Shown piece by piece: positions 10,640 to 20,594 of a stretch of 64,000 nt of DNA. This DNA is from Gammaproteobacteria bacterium (lineage in GTDB: Bacteria; Pseudomonadota; Gammaproteobacteria; GCA-001735895), in the NCBI GenBank assembly GCA_050298595.1, contig JBNKUM010000028.1, forward strand, positions 1 through 64,000, read 5' to 3'. Within the stretch, counting starts at the first letter, position 1, and each line of letters opens with the position of its first letter. A model generated the notes under the pieces. That model was not told the origin of the DNA. It did no database searches and saw nothing but the letters and a program-made list of their open reading frames with translations. The position numbers and the translations under genes were made by a program.

Positions 10640-12433
10640 ATGTCAGATCAACAATCCCCTTTTCAGGATGTCTCAGGTTTTACTTCAATTTCTCAGGGAA
10701 TCGAAGCAAGTTACAAACTGGCTGAACAACTTCTACAGCAGTTTAGTCTGCAATCAGAGAAATCAGACTATGATCCACTGAGGATGGGTGATGTTTATAA
10801 AGAGCTTTTTGCTCGCATGAATGAAAATCCGCAAAAGGTTTTAACTGCCAATATTGATTACTGGAAACAGAGCCTGGAACTGTATCAGAATTTTCTGCAA
10901 GCGTTAATGACGCAACAACCTCTAGAAGCTAGCATCGAAGAAGACAAAACAGATCGTCGCTTTCGTCATGAAGGTTGGCAGCAGCCCTCTTTCGCAATAA
11001 TAAAGCAATCTTACCTGCTGTTATCACAACATATGCTTCGACTGGTAAAGGAAACCGAAGGCCTGGATGAAAAAACCGCACAACGTGCAGAGTTCTTTAC
11101 CCATCTATATTTAAATGCCTTATCACCAGGTAACTTCGCGGCTACTAATCCTGCGGTACTGGAAAGAGTCATCGAAACTCACGGTATGAGCCTGCTGCAC
11201 GGACTTAAAAATATGATGGAAGATTTGCAGCGAGGTAGAGGCAAGTTGCAAATCAGCATGACCGATTATAGTGCTTTTGAACTGGGTAAAAATGTAGCGA
11301 CCACCAAAGGTAAGGTGGTTTACGAGAATCGAATGTTTCAGCTGATTCAATACAGCCCAAGCACTGAAAAGGTTAACAAGACACCGCTGCTGGTGGTACC
11401 ACCCTGGATCAACAAGTACTACATCCTTGATCTGCAGGAAAAGAATTCACTCATGCGCTGGTTGGTAGAACAGGGTCACACGGTATTTATTATTTCCTGG
11501 GTTAATCCTGATGAAAACTATTCCGAGGTGGGTTTTACGGAATATATGAAAGAAGGCGTGCTGAGCGCCATCGATCAGGTCAAACAGGCCACTGGTGAAA
11601 AAGAAATTAATGCCATTGGCTATTGCATTGGTGGGACATTACTGGCCACAACCCTTGCCTACATGGCAGCACATGATGATAATAGAATAAAGAGCGCAAC
11701 CTTCCTCACCTCTATGATCGATTTCTCCGAGCCGGGTGAGCTCGGCATGTTTATTGATGAGGAACAACTCCGTTCACTGGAACAGAAGATGGATAAGGAC
11801 GGCTATCTTGATGGTGCAAGCATGTCTGGCACCTTTAACCTGTTACGTTCAAATGATTTGATCTGGTCTTTCTACATCAACAATTACCTGATGGGCAAAG
11901 ATCCGCGCGCGTTTGATCTGTTGTACTGGAATTCAGACGCCACACGTATGCCCGCAAAAATGCATAAATGGTATCTGAGAAATCTATATCTCTACAACAA
12001 GCTGGTAAAACCAGGTGAGCTGATCATAGATGAAACGCCTATCGATTTAAGTAAAATTAAAACTCCGGCACTTTTTATATCTACTCAAGAAGATCATATC
12101 GCGCCGTGGAAATCCACATGGATGGGTGCTCAAAACCTCTCTGGCCCAGTTAAATTTATACTGGGTGGATCCGGCCATATCGCCGGTATAGTAAATCCAC
12201 CTGCGGCTAACAAATACGGTTATAAAATGACCGCAGCTAAACTACCCAAAGATGCACAGGCCTGGGCCGATAAAGCAACACAACATGAAGGATCATGGTG
12301 GCCTGAATGGGATAAATGGGTAAGTAAATATTGTGGAGAACAAATTGATGCAAGACACCCTGGGGACCATCAGTTAAAAATAATAGAAGATGCACCCGGC
12401 CGATATGTAAAAACAAAAATAGTTAATATATGA
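10640..12433 (+). CDS. phaC: Class I poly(3-hydroxyalkanoate) synthase
   Basis: 597 aa; 'DRRF', 'PPWINKYYILDL', lipase box GYCIGG, 'DHIAPW', 'SGHIAG', 'GSWWP'. Confidence 0.96.
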   Translation: MSDQQSPFQDVSGFTSISQGIEASYKLAEQLLQQFSLQSEKSDYDPLRMGDVYKELFARMNENPQKVLTANIDYWKQSLELYQNFLQALMTQQPLEASIEEDKTDRRFRHEGWQQPSFAIIKQSYLLLSQHMLRLVKETEGLDEKTAQRAEFFTHLYLNALSPGNFAATNPAVLERVIETHGMSLLHGLKNMMEDLQRGRGKLQISMTDYSAFELGKNVATTKGKVVYENRMFQLIQYSPSTEKVNKTPLLVVPPWINKYYILDLQEKNSLMRWLVEQGHTVFIISWVNPDENYSEVGFTEYMKEGVLSAIDQVKQATGEKEINAIGYCIGGTLLATTLAYMAAHDDNRIKSATFLTSMIDFSEPGELGMFIDEEQLRSLEQKMDKDGYLDGASMSGTFNLLRSNDLIWSFYINNYLMGKDPRAFDLLYWNSDATRMPAKMHKWYLRNLYLYNKLVKPGELIIDETPIDLSKIKTPALFISTQEDHIAPWKSTWMGAQNLSGPVKFILGGSGHIAGIVNPPAANKYGYKMTAAKLPKDAQAWADKATQHEGSWWPEWDKWVSKYCGEQIDARHPGDHQLKIIEDAPGRYVKTKIVNI

Positions 12434-12445
12434 GGGGGAGTAAAA

Positions 12446-13168
12446 ATGGGAAGAGTTGCAGTAGTTACAGGTGGTACACGTGGCATAGGTGAAGAAATTT
12501 GCCTGTCATTAAAAAAAGCAGGATACAATGTAGCGGCAACCTATGCAGGTAATGAAGCCTCTGCAAAAGCTTTTACCGAAGTTACAAAAATACCAACATT
12601 CAAGTTTGATGTAGCTGATTTTGATGCCTGTCATAAAGGGGTCGCAGCCATTGAAGCCGAACTAGGTCCGATAGAAGTACTGGTTAACAATGCGGGTATT
12701 ACCAGAGATACCACCATGCACAGGATGACCTTCGAGCAGTGGAATGAGGTCATTCAAACCAATCTGTCATCCTGCTTTAATATGTGCCGTGCGGTTATTG
12801 AAGGCATGCGTGAACGTGAGTTTGGTCGTATCGTGAATATCGGTTCAATCAATGGCCGTGCCGGTCAGTATGGTCAGGTAAACTATGCAGCAGCTAAATC
12901 CGGTATTCATGGATTTACCAAGGCACTGGCACAGGAAGGTGCAGCCAAGGGTATTACTGTAAACGCGGTCGCCCCAGGTTATGTGTTAACAGATATGGTG
13001 CGAGCAGTTCCAGAAAAGGTACTGGAAAAGATTATTGCACGTATCCCGGTAGGCCGACTGGGAGACCCGGAAGATATCGCGCGCACTGTCATGTTTCTGG
13101 TAGCGGATGAAGCGGGCTTTATCACCGGCTCTACACTAGATGTTAATGGTGGCCAGCAGATGTATTAA
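12446..13168 (+). CDS. phaB: Acetoacetyl-CoA reductase (copy 1)
   Basis: SDR 'TGGTRGIG', 'NNAGITRD', 'GQVNYAAAK'; directly after phaC. Confidence 0.93.
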   Translation: MGRVAVVTGGTRGIGEEICLSLKKAGYNVAATYAGNEASAKAFTEVTKIPTFKFDVADFDACHKGVAAIEAELGPIEVLVNNAGITRDTTMHRMTFEQWNEVIQTNLSSCFNMCRAVIEGMREREFGRIVNIGSINGRAGQYGQVNYAAAKSGIHGFTKALAQEGAAKGITVNAVAPGYVLTDMVRAVPEKVLEKIIARIPVGRLGDPEDIARTVMFLVADEAGFITGSTLDVNGGQQMY

Positions 13169-13184
13169 TCTGGATGTATCAAAG

Positions 13185-13220
13185 AAAAAACCAACGGCCC
13201 TTTGTGGGCCGTTGTTGTTT
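13185..13220 (+). terminator. Rho-independent terminator after phaC-phaB
   Basis: CAACGGCCC-tttgt-GGGCCGTTG hairpin, A-run before and T-rich tail after. Confidence 0.75.
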
Positions 13221-13268
13221 GTGTCTTCATGTTTTAAAGTAAATATAATTTAAACTCAGGATGAAACA

Positions 13269-13976
13269 ATGACACAAGAACTATTTCGAGAAGACAGTTA
13301 TCTGAAACAATGTACTGCTAGCGTAACGGGCATTCAGGATGGACATATAATCGTCGACAAAACCGTGTTCTATCCATTAGGCGGCGGTCAGCCGGGAGAC
13401 AGTGGAATCATGCTGAGGCCTGATAACACGGAAATAAAAATCATCAACACCATCAAGGATCGGGAAAGCGGTGAGATACTACATCAGGTAGAAGGCGACA
13501 TCCTGCCAGAGATTGGTGAACAGTTGACATTAAAAATAGACTGGGAAAGACGATATCAGATTATTCGGCTGCATAGTTGTATGCACATGCTATGTGCTGT
13601 AATACCCGAGCCGGTTACAGGCGGCAGTATCCGGGATGATGGAAGTGCGCGGCTGGATTTTGACCTACCCGAACCACCGGACAAGCTGGCGATCGAGCAA
13701 GCCTTGAATGAAATAACCATGACAGATCATCCGATGACGACACAGTGGATCAGCGATGCAGAAATGGGAGCACAACCAGAACTGATTCGGACTATGAGTG
13801 TTAAGCCACCGATGGGTCAGGGGAAAGTAAGGCTGGTTAAATTTGAGGGGGTGGATTTGCAGCCCTGTGGTGGGACGCATGTGAGGAATTCTAATGAGAT
13901 TGGGGCTGTTAGGGTTAAGAAGATTGAGAAGAAGGGGAAGATGAATCGGAGGATTATTATTGAGTTGATGGAGTAA
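13269..13976 (+). CDS. Alanyl-tRNA editing protein (AlaX family)
   Basis: 'FYPLGGGQPGD', HxxxH (HSCMH), 'CGGTH'. Confidence 0.92.
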   Translation: MTQELFREDSYLKQCTASVTGIQDGHIIVDKTVFYPLGGGQPGDSGIMLRPDNTEIKIINTIKDRESGEILHQVEGDILPEIGEQLTLKIDWERRYQIIRLHSCMHMLCAVIPEPVTGGSIRDDGSARLDFDLPEPPDKLAIEQALNEITMTDHPMTTQWISDAEMGAQPELIRTMSVKPPMGQGKVRLVKFEGVDLQPCGGTHVRNSNEIGAVRVKKIEKKGKMNRRIIIELME

Positions 13977-14891
13977 TTGTCTGCTACGGCCTTAAGTCAG
14001 TGCGAGGCGCGAAGCAACGAAGTAGGAGTGCTACAGGGAAGTAGCGTTTATGGAAGCAAGGGATTTAATCTTTTTAAGGATGAGAACTTCCCGGATTATG
14101 GTTTCACACGCTTTCCTTTCCTTACTCCATAGCATCTAACGAGTACGCGCACGAACCTTTTTTGCCTGGCCAAAAAAGCGGCACAAAAAAGGCCACCCCA
14201 TTTGACCCCGATCTGGACATAATTTTGTCGCGGACTTGAAAGGGGATATAAAGACACAGTATATCTCCTATTACATAGGGTAGTCATATCATAAATATGG
14301 AGAGGTTCCTCATAGCTGTAGGAGTGCAAAACGGTATGGTATTTATCAAGTTTAGAGAAAATTGAAATGGATAAACACGACACATTAAGTGTTTACACAA
14401 ATCTACGAAGAGCCATTAAGAATCGTCCATTTGATCTCTTTAAGCCGGTAAGAAAAACATATTTTTCAAAAATATAATTAGCTACATATATCGACATATT
14501 TTGTTTAATTAATTTTTTATCGCAAATTGTCGGAAAGTTAGCAGGGGTGCCAATTGATTTTACGACTTTATTAGTAGAAATATCGGGTGAAAGGGCGGTA
14601 GGCTTCTGACGATTTTATAACGGTAATATGGTTTCAGGTTAAGCGATGTCTAAACCGCTCGGCATGTTTTGAGTACTACGGTTACTGAGCAAAAGTATCT
14701 TCTGCAGTAAAAACTTCACCTTCCCTTTTCTGTTAGGTATTTTAATGCAAAATTCACATTTAATAATAGGGATAATTTGGTATTCTAAAAAAACTGAATG
14801 TTGGTTCAGACGGAGTGGAAAGGGTATCTGAGATGTCGGGAACTCTTTAACTTTATGAAATAGTTAGAGTGATATGGAGGTAGTTACCGTT

Positions 14892-16136
14892 ATGACTGAA
14901 TCCGAGAAATATAATGTTATCCTGAACCCTCATATCAGGTTGGGTTATGAACGTGATATCGTTATAAAATCTTTTGCTGAGCTTCTTAAAGTTCCGCAGG
15001 AAAAAGCCCGAGCGGTTATAGGTAAGAAACGAATTCTACAAAAGGAGCTGGACCGGGTAAAAGCAGAAAACATCCAGAAGAAACTTAAATCGATTGGCCT
15101 TGATGTGGTCCTTGAAAAAGTCTACAAGACTCCACCGAAAATGAACTGGGCAAAACCAGAAAGGTCTAGCGTGGTATCGGCTAAAGTCAAAATAGCCGAA
15201 CCGAAAAAAGTCAAAACAACTCGGGCAGGCAAACCGGTTCTTAAACTGGTACCAACAGATATGGGGTTAGCCAAAAAACCCGCCAACAAAAGCAAACCTG
15301 TCGGTAAAATAATCATCTGCCCGAAATGCCAGCTGAAACAGACAGAAACCGAACAATGTAGTGGTTGTGGAGTTTTCTTAAGCAATATAAGGGCTAATTC
15401 ACAACGTCAGCAGGTTACCCCTGCTGTGCCAGTTCAACCTGTTAGTCTGGATTCATCCAGGGCTACAGCCTCACCCAACGAGCAGGGTTCTGCCTCAATA
15501 AAAAATTTTCTTCTGCCTGCAGCTGCGGCGGTTCTGGGGGCCTTGCTGTGGAAGTTTGTTGCAGTCACTTTTAATTATGAACTAGGCCTGATTGCCTGGC
15601 TGATCGGGGGCGCTATTGGTTTTGCAGCGGTTATGGCTGGAGCCAGGGGGCAGCAGGCTGCAATGGTATGCGCCCTATTAGCCATAATAGCGATAGTTGG
15701 GGGGAAATATATGGCGACTGTTTCATTTATTTCTGAGGCGAGTGCTGCAATTAGTACTAACCAAGAGATAAATAGCATGGATTTGAAATCCTTCTATGAG
15801 AAAACCCAGGCAGATGCGGTTCAATTTTCTACAACTGTGACTGATGATGCCAGTCTGCGTGATTTCATCGTCCAACGAGGATACAGCGATTCGGAGGATG
15901 CTGCATCGGTAACTGATGAAGAGATTGCCTGGTTCAAACAATACGAACAACCCGGCCTGGAAGAGATGATGGATACTCCGCAGAGTTTTGAGCAATGGAA
16001 GAATGATAATCTTGCCAAAGAGATAGAAAATCTTTCGCCTTTCGAAATGATGATGGATGATCTGGGTCTACTGGATTTCCTGTTCCTCATTCTTGGTGTG
16101 GGTACTGCCTATCGATTGGGCATGGGCAATGACTAA
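14892..16136 (+). CDS. Hypothetical membrane protein with L7/L12-CTD-like N-terminus and zinc ribbon
   Basis: GGAGG upstream; CPKC-x7-CSGC; three TM helices, acidic loop, C-terminal TM. Confidence 0.7.
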   Translation: MTESEKYNVILNPHIRLGYERDIVIKSFAELLKVPQEKARAVIGKKRILQKELDRVKAENIQKKLKSIGLDVVLEKVYKTPPKMNWAKPERSSVVSAKVKIAEPKKVKTTRAGKPVLKLVPTDMGLAKKPANKSKPVGKIIICPKCQLKQTETEQCSGCGVFLSNIRANSQRQQVTPAVPVQPVSLDSSRATASPNEQGSASIKNFLLPAAAAVLGALLWKFVAVTFNYELGLIAWLIGGAIGFAAVMAGARGQQAAMVCALLAIIAIVGGKYMATVSFISEASAAISTNQEINSMDLKSFYEKTQADAVQFSTTVTDDASLRDFIVQRGYSDSEDAASVTDEEIAWFKQYEQPGLEEMMDTPQSFEQWKNDNLAKEIENLSPFEMMMDDLGLLDFLFLILGVGTAYRLGMGND

Positions 16137-16277
16137 GGGAGTCAGTGTATTCCTTAAACCTCGGCCCATAAATGGCAGCCCAGGATACAGGATTACTGAA
16201 GAATCAGAGTGGTGTCATGCCCTCTTCACGCAGCAGTTAAAAAGATGCAACAACTGAGTTTGTTCCTGCTGTTCGTA

Positions 16278-18884
16278 CTACTCCTGCGCAGCACATAACC
16301 AGTCTGTACCCACATTGGTGCTGATACGTGCAACATCCATAGGCCTGGAGATGTAGTATCCCTGTACATAATCGACGCCTATCTCAGCCAGATAAGCCAG
16401 AATTTCCGCATTCTCAACGTACTCGGCGATGGTTTTTTTACCCAGCGAATGGGCAATGTCATTCATCGACTGGACGATAGCCCGGTCAGCTGAATTATTT
16501 ACCACCCCGCGAACGAACAAGCCATCGATCTTGATATAGTCCACTGGCAGATTTTTTAGATGAGAGAATGAAGAGAAGCCGCTACCAAAGTCGTCCAGCG
16601 CAAAATGGCAGCCTTTAAGATTTAGCCGTTTGATTAATTCGTTGGCTGAAGTGAGATTGGAGACTGCAGAGGTCTCGGTTATCTCGAATATCACCTTACT
16701 GGTATCGATCTGAATATCGTTGATTAAAGTCTCAATATTTTCGAGCATAGATTTGTTGCCAATGCTCTGCCCTGAGAGGTTAATAGTAAACATACCCTGA
16801 TAACCGTCCTGCTGCAGCATCGACAATTTTTGTAATGCGGCATTGACGACCCAAAAGTCGATTTTATCCATCATGTTGAAGCGTTCCGCAGTTGGCAGAA
16901 AGGCTCCCGGAAAGACCATCCCCCAAACGGGATCATCCAAACGCAATAAGATCTCGCTAATAATTGCTTCCTGTGGCACCAGCGATAGCAGTTTATTGAA
17001 AATCGGTCCATCCCCTTCATATTTAAATTCACGGGGAATATGGTGGATGGGAATTATCGGTTGGGCGTGTAACAACAGATGATCTTTGAGCAGTGCATTG
17101 TGCAGTCTTGAAGACCATCCCAGATCCTTGTCCATATCAGTTTTACTGCCACTTTTTGCAACGAACAGATGGCTTCGGTTGCGCCCTTCGCCCTTAGCAA
17201 TGTGGCAGGCAATATCAGCATTTGCGAGGATGTCGCTGGGCGATTCTGTATCCCGATCGAACAGAGCGATACCGATCGTCCCATTGACCTTGTACTGTTT
17301 GTTGTTATAAACAAACATATATTCATCCAGCATCTTGCGATATTCATCTGCAACCTGAAGTACATTTTTAGCGTCCACATTTCGCAGGATAATGGCAAAT
17401 TCATCGCCGCCGAGTCGGGCCAGCATATCCGATTTTCTCAACCGTTTGGTCATTTCGTGCGCAATCTCAATCAATAAATGATCGCCTGCGGTGTGTCCAG
17501 CGGTATCATTGATATATTTAAAGCGATCCAGATCGAGATAAAGTAACGCGCTGGTTTCAGTACTACGTTTGATACGATCGGTTTCGACTATTAGCTGCTC
17601 TTCGAAATAGCGGCGATTGTATAGCCTGGTTAATGCATCATGAGTGGCTTGCCAACGTAATTCCGATTCCAGCTGTTTGCGTTCGGAAATATCGCGAAAT
17701 GCCACCACTGAACCCTCGGTCCTGTCCTCGATTGTCAGTGGATGTGCTGTGCATTCGACAGGAATTGGATACCCCGATTTATGCCAGAATACGGTTTCTC
17801 GGTCTCGCACCGGCTTACCCCCCGCATAGCTTTGCAGTAAAAAACATTCCTCATCTTCAAAGGGTTGCCCACGCTCATCCGAATAATGAAAAATCTCCAG
17901 CGCTGATTTGCCGATCAATCGATCTTCCGTTTGATAACCGAGAATGATTCGACAGGCTGGATTGACAAACAGGATATGGCCCTCGGAATCAACGCCATAT
18001 ACACCCTCTCCTACTGATTGAAGAATTCCACTGAGGCGCTCGCGCTCACTCTCGATTGAATTATGCGCTCGAACATGCCGACTCATGGCATCAAGGCGGG
18101 TCAGGAACAGGTCATCGCTTTCGTTCTTGAACATGCATTCGACCGCACCGGCCTGGAGCGATTGCTTTATCTCCTTGTCGACATAGGTTCCAGTGATGAT
18201 TGCGCTGGTAATACCCGTGGTCTTGTCATGATCGCGTAATTGCCTGCACAGAACATCCCCGGTTTGCTCAGGCATGAAGTAGTCGATAATGGCGATATCG
18301 AAATCGGACGCCAACGCTTTTTGCATCCCTTCAGCGACCGAGCAAGCTGTTTCGGCGGTATAGCCATTGGCTGTAAGCAAGCGTTTGTATTTGAGCCTTA
18401 CGGTAGGGGAATCATCGACAAAAAGTACTCTGATAGGTTGCAGCATAGTTACGGATGCTGGCTGTAGGATATTCCGTTTATTCGCATCCAGAATGAGTCG
18501 AGTAAGTGTGTCGGAACTTTGTCTGTAATCCTGCCACAGCAGAAATGCGCAGTTTTTCCGCCCTTGCAGGTGTTGATCCAGTGAGGAATCTTTTTCATGG
18601 TCTAGTACAAGCACCGGAATATTCTGAGTATCCAGCAGATCTAATACCTCGGCTGCGCCATTGATACTGCTATCTGGCCAACCCAGCACAGCAGCATCGA
18701 ACAAACCCAGGTCTACTGATGCGGAACCGAATCGCGAAATCGCGGTATCGAAATCGCGTACACTCGTAATCTGGAAACCTGCTTTGATTAGTAGGTTCGT
18801 TTCGATCTGGCGAATGGTAGCTGAAACTTCAATGAGTAATATTACTGGCAAATCTTGTATCTCTATTGTAGCTATCAATGTCAA
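16278..18884 (-). CDS. pseudoREC-REC-PAS-GGDEF-EAL c-di-GMP enzyme
   Basis: 'FVDDS...IIDYFMP' REC, PAS, RKSD I-site + GGDEF, EIL and 'DDFGSG' EAL motifs; first REC lacks the phospho-Asp. Confidence 0.92.
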   Translation of the reverse strand: MTLIATIEIQDLPVILLIEVSATIRQIETNLLIKAGFQITSVRDFDTAISRFGSASVDLGLFDAAVLGWPDSSINGAAEVLDLLDTQNIPVLVLDHEKDSSLDQHLQGRKNCAFLLWQDYRQSSDTLTRLILDANKRNILQPASVTMLQPIRVLFVDDSPTVRLKYKRLLTANGYTAETACSVAEGMQKALASDFDIAIIDYFMPEQTGDVLCRQLRDHDKTTGITSAIITGTYVDKEIKQSLQAGAVECMFKNESDDLFLTRLDAMSRHVRAHNSIESERERLSGILQSVGEGVYGVDSEGHILFVNPACRIILGYQTEDRLIGKSALEIFHYSDERGQPFEDEECFLLQSYAGGKPVRDRETVFWHKSGYPIPVECTAHPLTIEDRTEGSVVAFRDISERKQLESELRWQATHDALTRLYNRRYFEEQLIVETDRIKRSTETSALLYLDLDRFKYINDTAGHTAGDHLLIEIAHEMTKRLRKSDMLARLGGDEFAIILRNVDAKNVLQVADEYRKMLDEYMFVYNNKQYKVNGTIGIALFDRDTESPSDILANADIACHIAKGEGRNRSHLFVAKSGSKTDMDKDLGWSSRLHNALLKDHLLLHAQPIIPIHHIPREFKYEGDGPIFNKLLSLVPQEAIISEILLRLDDPVWGMVFPGAFLPTAERFNMMDKIDFWVVNAALQKLSMLQQDGYQGMFTINLSGQSIGNKSMLENIETLINDIQIDTSKVIFEITETSAVSNLTSANELIKRLNLKGCHFALDDFGSGFSSFSHLKNLPVDYIKIDGLFVRGVVNNSADRAIVQSMNDIAHSLGKKTIAEYVENAEILAYLAEIGVDYVQGYYISRPMDVARISTNVGTDWLCAAQE

Positions 18885-19121
18885 GCTAATAACCCTTGAT
18901 ACTATAGTTATTATCGTGAGGATTTGAACGATTGAAAATGAGTTATAATCTGATTTTCATGTTTTCTGTTACATTTTTTACAAAAAACTTCGTACCCGTC
19001 TGGACACACATTATAAATTGATAGATACAATGAAAAAGATGGGTGCTATCAGATAGCTTGAGGGAATGCATCGCCCCCATAGTTTGACTTAAGGTGCCTC
19101 TGATCAAGTCGAGAATTTGAA

Positions 19122-19877
19122 TCACCAAAAAGCCTCAAAATGTTGAATGGTTTGGCCCACTTCAGGATGATGCAGTTGTTCGATAAATTCAGCATTGCCG
19201 CATTGCTCAACGATGAAAGCAGTGGTACAGCGAGTGCCATAGTGATCAAGTTTGATAAACTGTGCGGACAGAGCTTTTTCCATTGCATAAGGTATTCCGC
19301 TATTGGGAAGTAGTTCGTCATCGAATGTTTGAGGATCATTTAATAATTGAACCAGACTATCAATCTCACCTGGCTGCTCTAGCCAGTTGCTGAGTTTAGC
19401 GCGGGCTGACCGTGTCTTGGGCCAGGGTGTATCTAGCAGTGCGTTGCTGAGGGCATAAATACCTGGTTCCAGTATGTTGATGTCATCGATCTGATTACTG
19501 GAGTAAACCATCTTGTCACCATCACAGAGAATCAGGTTAAAACCATTATATGCGGTGGCCTGATGACGAATCGAGCTGGCATAATCTGGCGCTGTTAAAT
19601 CACTGATTAAAAAATCACTTACCAGTGACCCACGGCTTGGAGCATTTGCATTCTGGTTTTGTGGATCACGGTAGTTGGTCAGAGCGGCAAAACGACCGTT
19701 ACGAGCTATTGCCATCCAGCTTCCACCCGCGCTTGAATCGCGCCCGCCGAAAATCTGTGGTTGATCGTCCCAGAAATGCGCACTTTGGGTCGGGCGATTA
19801 TAAAATTCATCACGATTGGCGACCACGACCAGTGGGTAGTCAGCATGGGCCTGCCAGGCAAAGGCAATTAAACACAT
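19122..19877 (-). CDS. NRDE/TANGO2-family protein
   Basis: 'MCLI...ANRDEFYNRP', 'GGSW', 'TPWPK', 'YGTR'. Confidence 0.93.
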   Translation of the reverse strand: MCLIAFAWQAHADYPLVVVANRDEFYNRPTQSAHFWDDQPQIFGGRDSSAGGSWMAIARNGRFAALTNYRDPQNQNANAPSRGSLVSDFLISDLTAPDYASSIRHQATAYNGFNLILCDGDKMVYSSNQIDDINILEPGIYALSNALLDTPWPKTRSARAKLSNWLEQPGEIDSLVQLLNDPQTFDDELLPNSGIPYAMEKALSAQFIKLDHYGTRCTTAFIVEQCGNAEFIEQLHHPEVGQTIQHFEAFW

Positions 19878-19884
19878 GGGCAGT

Positions 19885-20502
19885 TTAGCCGCGAGTACCT
19901 ATATATAATCCGGCTGACATCATGATTGTACCGGCCACGCGATTTAATCCGGTCATGGCTTTTTGTGACTGGAAGTAACGACGCGCCCACGAAGCAGTAT
20001 AGGAAACGGCCATCAAACCGATCATAAGACCCAGCAGGCAAAGCAATGATGCAATAGCGATATCCTGTACAGTGAGCACGGTTAAATCCATAAATGTGGG
20101 CAAAAAGGCAATGTAAAACAGGATGACCTTGGGGTTGGAAGCAGAGATTAAAAACCCCTGTACAAAACCCATCAATATGCTGGTTCTGGAAGCTGGCCGG
20201 GCTTCCTGTATAAGATGTGAACGATCATGCCACATTTTCCATCCCAGATAGATGAGATAGATGGCGCCAACGATACGGATTATGGTGAACAGGGCGGAAT
20301 AGTGTTCGGCGATCACTGCCAGTCCCAGACAGGCAAAAACCAGATAGATGATATCGCTGACAGCCATACCAAACGCCAATGGCAAGCAGGAAGCAGCACC
20401 CTGAGTCATGGCCCTGGCCAACAGGGCAAAAACCCCGGGGCCTGGAGTTACTGAAAAGATAAGGATAGCGATAAAAAAAGCCAGTCCGCTTTCAAAGGTC
20501 AT
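19885..20502 (-). CDS. LysE/RhtB-family amino-acid exporter
   Basis: 'TPGPG', 'GAIYLIYLG', 'NPK'. Confidence 0.92.
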   Translation of the reverse strand: MTFESGLAFFIAILIFSVTPGPGVFALLARAMTQGAASCLPLAFGMAVSDIIYLVFACLGLAVIAEHYSALFTIIRIVGAIYLIYLGWKMWHDRSHLIQEARPASRTSILMGFVQGFLISASNPKVILFYIAFLPTFMDLTVLTVQDIAIASLLCLLGLMIGLMAVSYTASWARRYFQSQKAMTGLNRVAGTIMMSAGLYIGTRG

Positions 20503-20594
20503 GATCAGATACTCGACAAAACAGTTATTATGGAACCTGATAGTATAGTTGAACAGTGGCTGTAGTTACTGAAATGAAATTAAGGGTATTCCCA

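Noticed and set aside
14096-14383. 95-aa minus-strand ORF in the alaX downstream region
   Set aside because: Runs through repeat remnants, has no clear RBS and no protein-like features
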